Part shown: positions 8,713 through 18,591 of the stretch, one piece after another
Position numbering within the stretch: the stretch's first letter is position 1
How the letters are laid out: each line of letters starts with the position of its first letter
From: Spirochaetales bacterium
GTDB taxonomy: Bacteria > Spirochaetota > Spirochaetia > Sphaerochaetales > Sphaerochaetaceae
DNA length: 56,268 nt
Direction of reading: 5' to 3'
Assembly (NCBI GenBank): GCA_022785155.1
Contig: JALFRH010000053.1
Coordinates: 1 to 56,268 of the forward strand
Position numbers and translations under genes: made by a program
The notes under the pieces: generated by a model
The model's input: the letters and a program-made list of their open reading frames with translations, nothing else
Database searches by the model: none
What the model was told of the DNA's origin: nothing

Positions 8713-9585
8713 ATGGCCGATATCAAAAACACTAAATACTCTGATTCCGATAATGAAGTATTGTCTACATATCTCAAGGCAATAGATAAGATTCCATTGC
8801 TTACATATGAAGAAGAGTATGAACTTGCCCTCAAGGCAAAGAATGGTGACAAGAAGGCCAGGGAGAGACTCATCAACTCCAATTTGAGATTTGTCGTATC
8901 TGTCGCCAAGAAGTTCAAAGGACAGGGAATGCCGCTTGAAGATTTGATCAATGAAGGAAACATCGGACTTATGACAGCAGTGGACAAGTTCGAGCCTGAA
9001 AAGGGATATCACTTCATCTCCTATGCCGTATGGTGGGTGAGACAGGCAATCCTGAAGGCCCTTGCTGAGCAGTCAAGACCTGTAAGGCTTCCTCTCAACA
9101 GAAGCAACGAACTGATTCAGATAGTCAGGGCAAAGAACGAGCTTATCCACAAAAAAGGAATCAGCGATCCTAGTTCTGAACAAATCGCCGAGGCTACAGG
9201 CCTTGAAGCCTCTCTTGTAAAAAGCCTTATGGAAGTTACAAGGGATATGATCAGCTTCGACAGCCCTATAAAGGGAGATGAAGACGGGGAAAGCAGCTAT
9301 TTCGATTTCGTAGAGGACAAGTCCCAGTCTCCTGAGAATGATATGGTGAACCATATGATGGAAAAGGATATAAAAAGCCTTTTGTCCATTCTTGGTGACA
9401 AAGAAAGGGACATTATTGAGAAAAGATATGGTTTCAACGGAAATGAACCTATGAGCCTCAAGGCCATAGGGGACGAATATAACCTTACAAAAGAGAGAAT
9501 CAGACAAATAGAGAAGGCTGCACTCCAGAAGCTAAAGAACAATGGAGAGAGCCTAGGCCTTGAATACTATACAGAGGCAATGTGA
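8713..9585 (+). CDS. Alternative sigma-70-family sigma factor (group 2/3, RpoS-like; regions 1.2, 2, 3, 4)
   Basis: LINSNLRFVVSVAKKF, DLINEGNIGLMTAVDKFEPEKGYHFISYAVWWVRQAI (region 2), and LTKERIRQIEKAALQKL (region 4.2). At 290 aa it lacks the long region 1.1 seen in the RpoD at 43518. Confidence 0.85.
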   Translation: MADIKNTKYSDSDNEVLSTYLKAIDKIPLLTYEEEYELALKAKNGDKKARERLINSNLRFVVSVAKKFKGQGMPLEDLINEGNIGLMTAVDKFEPEKGYHFISYAVWWVRQAILKALAEQSRPVRLPLNRSNELIQIVRAKNELIHKKGISDPSSEQIAEATGLEASLVKSLMEVTRDMISFDSPIKGDEDGESSYFDFVEDKSQSPENDMVNHMMEKDIKSLLSILGDKERDIIEKRYGFNGNEPMSLKAIGDEYNLTKERIRQIEKAALQKLKNNGESLGLEYYTEAM

Positions 9586-9603
9586 GTGATAATACAAAGG
9601 TGG

Positions 9604-9628
9604 GGGCTGAATTCTTCAGCCCTCTTTT
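9604..9628 (+). terminator. Rho-independent terminator after the sigma-factor gene
   Basis: GGGCTGAA-ttc-TTCAGCCC perfect 8-bp stem followed by TCTTTT. Confidence 0.65.
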
Positions 9629-9803
9629 GACAATCGATAAAATATGATTTTTTTAAATTGATTATTGCTTTCTATAGAGATAATTGCTAGGTGACTCTTA
9701 ACTGAAGGTCTTTTTCAATTGACTGTATTTTGTTTACCTTGTAACATTGAATGTGACATTAAAGAAAAAAATCTTTTAAACTTAATGAAATAGGAATAAC
9801 TCA

Positions 9804-12506
9804 ATGGCAGACAAAAAGTATGTTTACTTCTTCGGCGACGGAAAAGCTGAAGGTAGAGGCGACATGAAAGATCTCCTTGGCGGAAAGGGTGCAAACCTTG
9901 CTGATATGACAAGTATCGGTCTCCCTGTTCCTCCAGGATTCACAATCACAACAGAAGCTTGCGATTTCTTTGATAAGCATAATGGATCTTATCCAAATGG
10001 CATGAGGGATGAAGTTCTTCAGAATCTCAAGAAGCTTGAGAATCTTATGGGTGCTACCCTTGGAGACAAGAAGAATCCTCTTCTTGTTTCCGTCCGTTCC
10101 GGTGCAGCCCAGTCAATGCCTGGTATGATGGATACAGTTTTGAACTTGGGTCTTACCCCCGATTCTCTTCAGGCTCTTATCGACAAGACAGGTAATGAAA
10201 GATTTGCCTGGGACTCCTACAGACGCTTTATCCAGATGTTCGGTGATGTTGTAATGGGTGTTCCTCATGCAAAGTTCGAAGATGCCCTCCAGTCTGTCAA
10301 GGACGAGAATGGTAAGGTTTTCGATACTGAACTTGATACAGAAAACCTCAAGGAAGTCATCAAGAGATATAAGATCATCTACAAGAAGCATACTGGTGAA
10401 GACTTCCCTGAAGATCCACAGTACCAGCTTTTCAAGGCCATCGATGCAGTATTCAACAGCTGGAACAACGAGAGAGCCATCAAATATAGACTTATGAACG
10501 ATATCAGAGGTCTCTTGGGAACAGCTGTAAACGTTCAGGCAATGGTTTTCGGTAACATGGGCGAAACCAGTGGAACAGGTGTTGCCTTTACTCGTGACCC
10601 ATCCACAGGTGAGAACAAGTTCTTCGGCGAATACCTTATGAATGCTCAGGGAGAAGACGTTGTTGCAGGTATCAGGACACCTCAGAAGATAGATACTCTT
10701 GAGAAAGTGAACCCGGATGCCTATAAGCAGCTTTGCTCCATCAGAGAAAAGCTTGAAAAGCATTACCATGATATGCAGGACCTGGAGTTTACAATTCAGG
10801 AAGGTAAGCTCTATATGCTCCAGACCAGAAATGGTAAGAGAACTATTTTCAGCTGGATCAGAAGCCAGGTTGAAATGGTTGAAGAGGGGCTCATCGATAA
10901 AGAGACTGCTGTTTCAAGAGTACCTGCCAACGAGTTCTCCAAGCTCTTTGCTCCTATTCTCGACAACAAGATTATTAGAGATTTGAATATTACTCCTGAT
11001 ACAAAGGGTCTTAACGCTTCCCCTGGTGGAGCTTGCGGACAGATTTACTTCAATGCAAAAGATGCTGAAAAAGCTGCATCAGAAGGTAAGGATGTTCTCC
11101 TTGTCAGAGTTGAAACAAGCCCTGAAGATATCGGAGGAATGGCAGTATCCCGTGGTATCGTAACATGCCGTGGTGGTATGACAAGCCATGCAGCTGTCGT
11201 TGCCAGAGGTATGGGATGCCCATGTGTATCAGGTTGTGGGGAAATCACAATCAATGAACCTAAGAAGACACTTGTAGTAAACGGCAAGACTCTCCAGGAA
11301 GGGGACTACATGTCCATCGATGGTTTCACAGGTGCCGTATATGCAAGAAAGATCGAAGTAAAGCCTAGTGAAATCATGCAGGTTCTTGAAGGCACAATGA
11401 GAGAGAGCGAATCCACGCTCTATCAGGATTACAAGAAGTTCATGGAATATGTAAATGAGATTAAGACCATGAGCGTAAGAACCAATGCCGATACTCCTAA
11501 GGATGCCAGATATGCAATCATGCTTGGAGCTGAAGGTATCGGTCTCTGCAGAACAGAGCATATGTTCTTTGGCGGAAACAGAATCATCGCCATGAGAAAG
11601 ATGATTCTTGCAGACAACACAAGGGCAAGGGAAGCTGCACTTGCAGAACTTCTTCCAATGCAGAGAAGCGACTTCGAAGGTATCTTCGAGGCGATGAACG
11701 GTCTTCCTGTAGTCATCAGACTTTTGGATCCACCTCTCCATGAATTCCTTCCAAATGACCATACTTCACGTCATGAAATGAGCCAGACAATGGGTATCAG
11801 CGTGGAAGATATTGCCAAGAAGTGCAACTCTCTCCACGAATTCAACCCAATGCTTGGTTTCAGAGGTTGTAGACTTGCTGTAATCTATCCTGAAATCCTC
11901 AAGATGCAGGTAAGGGCGATCATGGAAGCTGCAATCAATACAAAGAGAAAGGGTATCAAGGTAAATCCTGAGATTATGATTCCGCTTGTAGGTATCTACA
12001 AAGAGTTCGATTACTGTAAGGCGAAGGCTGTAGAGGAAATCCAGAAGGTGTTTGCTGAGAACAATCTTGTAATTCCTTATGAAATCGGAACAATGATCGA
12101 GGTTCCAAGAGCTGCAATCACAGCTGATGAAATTGCCAGAAGTGCAGAATTCTTCTCCTTCGGAACCAACGACCTTACTCAGATGACCTGTGGTTTCTCC
12201 CGTGATGACTCTGCTTCATTCCTTACTCACTATGTGGGTGATTCAGATAAGCAGTTCTACGACTATGATCCTTTTGCAACCATCGATTTTGATGGTGTAG
12301 GTAAGCTCTTGAAGATGGCTGTAAGACTGGGACGCAGTGTAAGACCAGATATGCTTATGGGTATCTGCGGTGAGCACGGCGGTGATCCTAAGACTATCGC
12401 ATTCTGTCAGAGTGCAGGACTTAATTATGTTTCCTGTTCTCCTTTCAGAGTTCCTATTGCAAGATTGGCTGCTGCTCAGGCTGCTATAGCTGCAAAGAAG
12501 AACTAA
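9804..12506 (+). CDS. ppdK: Pyruvate phosphate dikinase
   Basis: 900 aa. N-terminus KKYVYFFGDG..GDMKDLLGGKGANLADM, phosphohistidine region GGMTSHAAVVARGMG, and C-terminal PEP-utiliser TIM barrel (FFSFGTNDLTQ). Confidence 0.95.
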   Translation: MADKKYVYFFGDGKAEGRGDMKDLLGGKGANLADMTSIGLPVPPGFTITTEACDFFDKHNGSYPNGMRDEVLQNLKKLENLMGATLGDKKNPLLVSVRSGAAQSMPGMMDTVLNLGLTPDSLQALIDKTGNERFAWDSYRRFIQMFGDVVMGVPHAKFEDALQSVKDENGKVFDTELDTENLKEVIKRYKIIYKKHTGEDFPEDPQYQLFKAIDAVFNSWNNERAIKYRLMNDIRGLLGTAVNVQAMVFGNMGETSGTGVAFTRDPSTGENKFFGEYLMNAQGEDVVAGIRTPQKIDTLEKVNPDAYKQLCSIREKLEKHYHDMQDLEFTIQEGKLYMLQTRNGKRTIFSWIRSQVEMVEEGLIDKETAVSRVPANEFSKLFAPILDNKIIRDLNITPDTKGLNASPGGACGQIYFNAKDAEKAASEGKDVLLVRVETSPEDIGGMAVSRGIVTCRGGMTSHAAVVARGMGCPCVSGCGEITINEPKKTLVVNGKTLQEGDYMSIDGFTGAVYARKIEVKPSEIMQVLEGTMRESESTLYQDYKKFMEYVNEIKTMSVRTNADTPKDARYAIMLGAEGIGLCRTEHMFFGGNRIIAMRKMILADNTRAREAALAELLPMQRSDFEGIFEAMNGLPVVIRLLDPPLHEFLPNDHTSRHEMSQTMGISVEDIAKKCNSLHEFNPMLGFRGCRLAVIYPEILKMQVRAIMEAAINTKRKGIKVNPEIMIPLVGIYKEFDYCKAKAVEEIQKVFAENNLVIPYEIGTMIEVPRAAITADEIARSAEFFSFGTNDLTQMTCGFSRDDSASFLTHYVGDSDKQFYDYDPFATIDFDGVGKLLKMAVRLGRSVRPDMLMGICGEHGGDPKTIAFCQSAGLNYVSCSPFRVPIARLAAAQAAIAAKKN

Positions 12507-12512
12507 AACTTG

Positions 12513-12534
12513 AGGGCGTTCGAAAGGACGCCCT
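12513..12534 (+). terminator. Stem-loop after ppdK (weak T-tract)
   Basis: AGGGCGT-tcgaaagg-ACGCCCT. The downstream sequence is only moderately T-rich. Confidence 0.45.
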
Positions 12535-12610
12535 TACTTAATTATTAATTTGACTGTTTTTATTATTTTACACCTTTACAAAATATGTAAAAGTGTAAAA
12601 TAATAAAGGC

Positions 12611-14503
12611 ATGTACAGAACAGTCGTCCAAATGTTTTATGAAAAAGCCAAAGCAGATCCACTCCTGACATGCCAGAGGGGAAAAAACGAAAAAGGTATT
12701 TTCGTTTCCACCACATATATCCAGCTAATGGAAAAGACAAAAGCCCTTGCCTCAGCTTTGATGGAGTTGGGGGTGAAGAGAGGAGACAGAGTAGGTCTCT
12801 TGTCTGATAACCGTCCAGAGTGGCTTGCAATGGATCTATCCATACTTTCCCTTGGTGCAATTGATGTTCCTAGAGGTAGGGACGCCATGGAGTATGAAAT
12901 TGAATATATTCTGAAGAAAACAGAAGCAAAGGTCTGTGTCGTAGAAAATTTGGAGCTATATAAAAAGCTTTGTAGTGTCAAAGACAGGCTTGATGACCTT
13001 GAGACTATAATCGTAATCGATGAAACAGGAATAGAACTATCAGAGGTAGTCATCTCCTATAATTCCCTTCTTTCAAGGGGAATTGAAAGATTGGGAATAG
13101 AAGGGGAAAGGGATAGGATAGAGAGGGAAGTATTACTTGGAGATGAGAATGATGTCGCAACGATCATATTTACTTCAGGTACTACAGGCCTACCCAAAGG
13201 AGTAATGACAACCCATGGCAACTTCCTCTTTATCTGCAGTGCCGGACCTAAGCTACATGACTTCAAAAAGGGTGAGAAGTGGCTTAGCGTCTTACCTGTG
13301 TGGCACTCCTTTGAAAGAATAATACAGTACCTCTTTTTATCTCTTTCACACACCATTGTATACAGTAAGCCTATTGGAAAGATCATGCTGACGGATATAC
13401 AGAGGGAAAACCCTGATTATATGGGTTCCGTTCCGAGGATTTGGGAGACAGTGAAGGCTGGAGTCTATCAGAACGTAAGAAGTATGAGTAAGACAAAAAA
13501 GGCCCTCTTTAACTTTTTCCTTGGAGTTGGAAAAGAATATAGTAAGGCGAAAAGGAAAGTCCTTGGTTCCACGGCCCACACCAAATGTGGCTCGGTGGGA
13601 GTAGATAGAATGGCAGGTTTCCTTCCATATATTGCTCTTAAGCCCTTAAACCACCTGGGACAGAAACTGGTTTTTTCACAGGTGAAGGCAAAGCTGGGAA
13701 AAAACTTCAAGTTCGGAATAAGCGGTGGCGGAAGCATGGGTAAAGATGTGGAGGAGTTCTTTGCTGCAGTTGATATCAAGCTTCTTAATGGCTATGGCAT
13801 GACTGAAACAGGACCAGTAATCGGTATATCAAATACAAAATGTCCTAAGAAAGCCTTCATTGCTCCCCTTCCTGAAACAACTGTAAAGGTGGTGGACCTG
13901 GAGACAGGTAAGACTCTTGGAGTAGGAGAGAAGGGTGAACTGGTGGTGAAGGGCGGCCAGATCATGAAGGGGTACTATGAAGATGACATCAAGACCAATG
14001 CCATAATAGATAAGGATGGCTGGCTTCACACAGGAGATCTTGCAATCATGAGTAGGGAGGGAGACTTCTCCCTTGTTGGAAGAGCCAAGGATACCATAGT
14101 ACTTTCTGGAGGAGAAAACATAGAGCCACTACCAATAGAAGAGGCCTTGAGAAGTAGCCAGTATATCGAGTCGGCTGTAGTTATAGGTCAAGATAGAAAA
14201 TCTTTGGGTGCTTTGATAGTAATCGACGCAAAAAACTCTGAAAGATATTTGAAGGAATCAGGGATTCCATATATCAACAGAGAGCACTTGGAAGAAATAG
14301 ATGAAGTAAGGTCTTTGATCAACCAGGAAATAACCAGAATAGTATCCAAGAGCAACGGATTCAAAGCCTATGAGCAGATTTCTCGATTCGTCCTTCTTTC
14401 TGAATCCTTCAAAGTCGGAAGAGAGCTATCTGGAAAACAGGAAGTCAAGAGAAGTGTCATCTTAGACCTGTATAAAAAGGAGATCGACTCCCTTTATAAG
14501 TAA
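12611..14503 (+). CDS. AMP-dependent synthetase/ligase (long-chain fatty-acid-CoA ligase family)
   Basis: AMP-binding signature IIFTSGTTGLPKGV, then GYGMTETG and TGDLA..DG motifs. Confidence 0.85.
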   Translation: MYRTVVQMFYEKAKADPLLTCQRGKNEKGIFVSTTYIQLMEKTKALASALMELGVKRGDRVGLLSDNRPEWLAMDLSILSLGAIDVPRGRDAMEYEIEYILKKTEAKVCVVENLELYKKLCSVKDRLDDLETIIVIDETGIELSEVVISYNSLLSRGIERLGIEGERDRIEREVLLGDENDVATIIFTSGTTGLPKGVMTTHGNFLFICSAGPKLHDFKKGEKWLSVLPVWHSFERIIQYLFLSLSHTIVYSKPIGKIMLTDIQRENPDYMGSVPRIWETVKAGVYQNVRSMSKTKKALFNFFLGVGKEYSKAKRKVLGSTAHTKCGSVGVDRMAGFLPYIALKPLNHLGQKLVFSQVKAKLGKNFKFGISGGGSMGKDVEEFFAAVDIKLLNGYGMTETGPVIGISNTKCPKKAFIAPLPETTVKVVDLETGKTLGVGEKGELVVKGGQIMKGYYEDDIKTNAIIDKDGWLHTGDLAIMSREGDFSLVGRAKDTIVLSGGENIEPLPIEEALRSSQYIESAVVIGQDRKSLGALIVIDAKNSERYLKESGIPYINREHLEEIDEVRSLINQEITRIVSKSNGFKAYEQISRFVLLSESFKVGRELSGKQEVKRSVILDLYKKEIDSLYK

Positions 14504-14614
14504 TTGGATTTTTGAATATAAAACGAAATATTATGCAGTAAGCTGAATAATTGTTTATTTTTGGTTGATTTTTCTTTACACTGGTGGTTCAATTAGAAAA
14601 AAAAGAGGAGTCAT

Positions 14615-15637
14615 ATGAAAAGAATTATCGTTTTGGCGCTTACTGCGCTTATTTTATTGATGCCAATTTTTGCTCAAGGTCAAACAGAAACAACAAGTAG
14701 TTATCCTGAGAAGGGTATCACGATGATTGTCCCTTACCCAGCTGGTGGAACAACAGATGTTTCCGGTAGAAAGTTCGCCGCCCTCCTTTCAAAGGAATTG
14801 GGAGTAAGCGTGACTGTAGTTAACCAGGCAGGAGCTTCAGGTTCCATCGGTTGCCAGGCTGCATTGGATGCAGTACCGGATGGATATACTGTACTCTTTA
14901 CAGCTGAAAGCCTTGGAACACAGAGAGTAATGGGATTGTCTGATCTCAGCTATGCCGATTATAAGATCATCTCTCCAATCGTAAATGATCCAAAGGTCAT
15001 CGTTGTTGCAAAGAACAGCAAGTACAATACTTTGGCTGATCTTTTGGCTGACATGAAGGCTAATCCTGGCAAGATCAAGATGAGTTATACAGGTCCTGGC
15101 GGATCTGGACACGTACAGGGTCTCATTATGGAGAAACTTGGATATGTTCCTGCCATGACTGCATATAAGGGTGGAAGTGACTGTTACCTTGCTGTCCTCA
15201 GCGGCGAAGTCGATTTCACAAACTCCAATATTTCTACAGTCAAGGCTCTTATTGAGAGTGGAGACCTCAGACTTCTTGGCGTAAGTTCAAATGTCAAGCT
15301 TAGCATCTATCCTGACGCTCCTCTCTTTGAGGAAGTGGATCCTAATGCAGAGCCATACATGAAGAACGCCTTCACTCCTTTGAACTTCCTTGTTTCAAAC
15401 AAGATCAGTGATGATGTTGTTGAAGTATTGAGAAATGCAACAAAGAAGGTAGTCGAGAGTCAGGAATGGAAAGCTTTTATTGCTGAAAACGCTTTGGAGG
15501 AACTCTATGTCCAGTATCCTACTGTTGCAGATGCAGAAGCATTCTACAAGAGCTGGGAAAGCATGATAAGCTGGATGCTCTATGATGCTGGCGTAACAAA
15601 GCACAGTCCATCAGATTTCGGTATAGAGAAACCCTGA
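14615..15637 (+). CDS. tctC: Tripartite tricarboxylate transporter substrate-binding protein (TctC/Bug family)
   Basis: Signal peptide, then YPEKGITMIVPYPAGGTTDVSGR, typical of Bug/TctC proteins. AGAGGAG RBS. Confidence 0.85.
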   Translation: MKRIIVLALTALILLMPIFAQGQTETTSSYPEKGITMIVPYPAGGTTDVSGRKFAALLSKELGVSVTVVNQAGASGSIGCQAALDAVPDGYTVLFTAESLGTQRVMGLSDLSYADYKIISPIVNDPKVIVVAKNSKYNTLADLLADMKANPGKIKMSYTGPGGSGHVQGLIMEKLGYVPAMTAYKGGSDCYLAVLSGEVDFTNSNISTVKALIESGDLRLLGVSSNVKLSIYPDAPLFEEVDPNAEPYMKNAFTPLNFLVSNKISDDVVEVLRNATKKVVESQEWKAFIAENALEELYVQYPTVADAEAFYKSWESMISWMLYDAGVTKHSPSDFGIEKP

Positions 15638-15657
15638 TTAATATCCGATTCTTTCAA

Positions 15658-15683
15658 CCGCAGGGGGATTATTCTTCCTGCGG
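15658..15683 (+). other. Intra-operon stem-loop between tctC and tctB
   Basis: CCGCAGG-12 nt-CCTGCGG with no T-tract. This is the usual position for a 3'-stabilising or partial-terminator hairpin after a binding-protein gene. Confidence 0.4.
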
Positions 15684-15707
15684 CGTTGTTGTGTAAAGGA
15701 GTACATT

Positions 15708-16184
15708 GTGGAAAAAAGAAAGTTTTCTTCTACTTTTTGGGAAGGAGTGTTTTTATTATTTGTTTCTGTCTTTGGTGTGGTAATGTCTCTCATTTCCCAT
15801 AAAGATTTTAATGTTGAATGGAAACTTTCTCCATATTTGTTTCCTTTGATAATATCTTTTTTTCTTCTCTTTCTTTCCATATCGATTATATTGGATGGCC
15901 TGAAGAATAAAGATGAAAAGAAAGAAAAGGGTAAAGCTGACACTAAATCCCTGTTTCTTTTCGTCATCATATGTATCTGTTACCTCTTGTTTTTCAACTT
16001 TCTGGGCTTTATCCTTTCCACTATCCTTATTCTTGTTTCTTTGATGCTTCTTCTGGGAGAGAGGAGATGGTGGTTCATTGCTTTGGTTTCAATTGTTTCT
16101 GCAATTGTAATTTATCTTCTCTTTGGTAAGTATCTGTCTGTAATGCTGCCTAAGGGAAAGATCTTCTGGTACATAGGGCTGTAA
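15708..16184 (+). CDS. tctB: Tripartite tricarboxylate transporter small membrane subunit (TctB family)
   Basis: Protein of 158 aa with about four TM segments, located between tctC and tctA. GTG start lies 5 nt after AAAGGAG. Confidence 0.7.
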   Translation: MEKRKFSSTFWEGVFLLFVSVFGVVMSLISHKDFNVEWKLSPYLFPLIISFFLLFLSISIILDGLKNKDEKKEKGKADTKSLFLFVIICICYLLFFNFLGFILSTILILVSLMLLLGERRWWFIALVSIVSAIVIYLLFGKYLSVMLPKGKIFWYIGL

Positions 16185-16194
16185 GGAGAATAGT

Positions 16195-17694
16195 ATGAAC
16201 TTTTCAATGCTTATATCATATTTTGCTGACTTCAGATTTATTCTTCTTGTTCTCCTGGGCTCCGTACTGGGCCTATTTATTGGAGCCATTCCGGGGCTGT
16301 CTGTAACAATGGCTACAGCGCTCCTTGTTTCCGTTACATATTCCTGGAGTGCTTCAGATGCCATGGCCACTATAATGGGCTTGTATGTAGTAGGAGTATT
16401 CTCAGGAGCATTATCTGCAATACTAATTAATATTCCAGGTGCACCCAGTAGTGTAGTTACAGCCTTTGATGGTTATCCCTTGAGTAAAAGGGGAGAGGCC
16501 AATAAGGCTTTGAAGTATGCCACATTCTACTCCTTCATTGGTTCTGTATTCGGCTTTGTGGCCTTGGCTCTTCTTTCAGGCCCTATTTCCATGATAGCCC
16601 TGAAGTTCCATCCTGTGGATTATTTCCTTCTTTCCTTCTTCGGCTTACTTGCTGTAGGAAGCTTGACCAGCAAGTCATTCTCCAAGGGATTGGTAAGTGC
16701 TGCCATTGGCTTGTTTATTGCAACGATCGGTATGGACAGTGTTATGGGAAGACCACGTCTAACTCTTGGAATAAGGAGTCTACAGGGAGGGATAAATGTT
16801 GTTCCTGCTCTTGTAGGTCTATTTGGTATGACAGAGGTCATATTATCCATAGCAGAAGGAAAGATGGGTGCCGAAGTCAGCGAGATAAAGAAGGAAAAGA
16901 TTAAGATTTCAGATATGCTAAAGCATTTTCCCCATTCTTTATTATACTCTGCCATAGGAACCTTTATCGGGGCTCTACCAGGAGCTGGAGGACCAGTTGC
17001 TTCCTTCATTGCATATTCCACAGCTGAAAAAATCGTCAAGAATCCTTCCCAGCCCTTCGGTGAGGGTGCAGTGGAGGGTATTGTAGCCAGTGAAAGCAGC
17101 AACAACGCCTGCATTGGTGGTGCCTTGATCCCTATGCTTACTTTGGCTGTACCGGGGGATGCCGTCACTGCAATCATTTTGAGTGTCTTTATTGTTCATG
17201 GTCTTCAGCCTGGCCCATTGTTCATAAAGACCCAGCCTTCGTTGTTCGCCTCAGTTCTTGCAGGAGGCTTTTTGGGTTGTATATTCCTTTTGTTCCTAGG
17301 GCTTGTGATTGCTCCCCGGTTAAGTAAATTGATTCTCGTTCCAAAGAGGATATTGCTTCCTATCGTCACTGTTCTTTGTGTAATTGGAAGTTTTGCCTGC
17401 AATAACAGAGTCTTTGATGTTGTATTGATGTTCCTTTTCGGTCTCTTGGGATATGTTATGAAGAAGCATGATTATCCTACGGCACCAATGGTTCTGGCCA
17501 TAGTGCTTGGAGGCATGATGGACAGTAACTTTAGACGTACAGTGTCTCTTCTGGAGAGTGAAGAACATAAACTATCATATCTGTTTTCAAGTCCCATTAC
17601 CGTTGTTCTCTTTATTTGTGTTGTGGTTACTCTTATATTCAGTATTCCACAAACAAAAAAAATTGTTTCGAAAATAACAAAAAACAGACAATAG
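16195..17694 (+). CDS. tctA: Tripartite tricarboxylate transporter permease (TctA family)
   Basis: 499-aa polytopic protein with TctA-like motifs (GAIPGLSVTMATALL, GALPGAGGPVASF). Confidence 0.9.
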   Translation: MNFSMLISYFADFRFILLVLLGSVLGLFIGAIPGLSVTMATALLVSVTYSWSASDAMATIMGLYVVGVFSGALSAILINIPGAPSSVVTAFDGYPLSKRGEANKALKYATFYSFIGSVFGFVALALLSGPISMIALKFHPVDYFLLSFFGLLAVGSLTSKSFSKGLVSAAIGLFIATIGMDSVMGRPRLTLGIRSLQGGINVVPALVGLFGMTEVILSIAEGKMGAEVSEIKKEKIKISDMLKHFPHSLLYSAIGTFIGALPGAGGPVASFIAYSTAEKIVKNPSQPFGEGAVEGIVASESSNNACIGGALIPMLTLAVPGDAVTAIILSVFIVHGLQPGPLFIKTQPSLFASVLAGGFLGCIFLLFLGLVIAPRLSKLILVPKRILLPIVTVLCVIGSFACNNRVFDVVLMFLFGLLGYVMKKHDYPTAPMVLAIVLGGMMDSNFRRTVSLLESEEHKLSYLFSSPITVVLFICVVVTLIFSIPQTKKIVSKITKNRQ

Positions 17695-17707
17695 ACTAGT
17701 TTTTACG

Positions 17708-18565
17708 TTGTTTTATCTTCATAATGAGCACGTGAAAGATAAAACAAAAGATAAACTGACTACTGTATTGAAATCATATGTAATCGGAGCCACCATGACT
17801 GTTCCAGGTGTAAGTGGTGGTTCCATGGCGATGGTGCTTGGCATTTATGATAGGATTATATCCGCCGTACCTGAACTATTGTCAAAGAACTTTAAGAAAG
17901 CCTTTGTCTTTCTTCTTCTGGCAGGCTGCTCAGGATTGATCGGAGCTTTAAGCGCCTCTCCTTTGTTGAAGTATTTATTGAATAACTTCTACATCATAGT
18001 AATGTATTTCTTTTTGGGTGCTATTCTTGGCTCCGTCCCCATGATAATCAGGAAGAGCCAGGTCAATAAAAAGAACTGGCCCAGATTATTCTTTGCTATT
18101 CCTGGAATTATTATAGTATTGATGATTTCTATGATTCCCGAGGGCTTGATCAAGCTTGGAGGAAGCAATGTGCTTCTACAGATTATCTGTGGAATAGGAG
18201 TATCCATCGGCTTTGTTCTTCCAGGTGTTTCCTTCAGTTACTTGCTTGTTGTATTGGGCTTATATGAGAGTCTCATTACATATTTGTCAAACTTGGATTT
18301 TGTTCCTCTTATTCCTCTTTGCATCGGACTGGTCATAGGTATTGTACTTTTGGCAGGTTTGTTGAAGAAGGCTATGGAAAACTGGCCTACAATTACATTC
18401 CCTGTAATAATGGGCTTTGTATTGGGCTCTCTTCCTCAGGTGTTCCCCGGGCTTCCTCAAGGTGCAGCCATTGTATGGTGTCTGCTTTCCTTCGTAATTG
18501 GTGGTGCTATTATATGGTTGACAAGCGGAGAACTTCAATTCGTTAGAAAAAGTGTAGCAAAATAG
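17708..18565 (+). CDS. DUF368-family membrane protein (family recently linked to undecaprenyl-phosphate recycling)
   Basis: VPGVSGGSMAMVLGIYDR and a second LPGVSFSYLLVVLGLYE half-repeat are diagnostic of DUF368. The start is uncertain. The track start is TTG at 17708, and the next in-frame ATG is codon 30. Confidence 0.75.
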   Translation: MFYLHNEHVKDKTKDKLTTVLKSYVIGATMTVPGVSGGSMAMVLGIYDRIISAVPELLSKNFKKAFVFLLLAGCSGLIGALSASPLLKYLLNNFYIIVMYFFLGAILGSVPMIIRKSQVNKKNWPRLFFAIPGIIIVLMISMIPEGLIKLGGSNVLLQIICGIGVSIGFVLPGVSFSYLLVVLGLYESLITYLSNLDFVPLIPLCIGLVIGIVLLAGLLKKAMENWPTITFPVIMGFVLGSLPQVFPGLPQGAAIVWCLLSFVIGGAIIWLTSGELQFVRKSVAK

Positions 18566-18591
18566 ATTTGTTTTTGTTATTCTAAGTCAGC

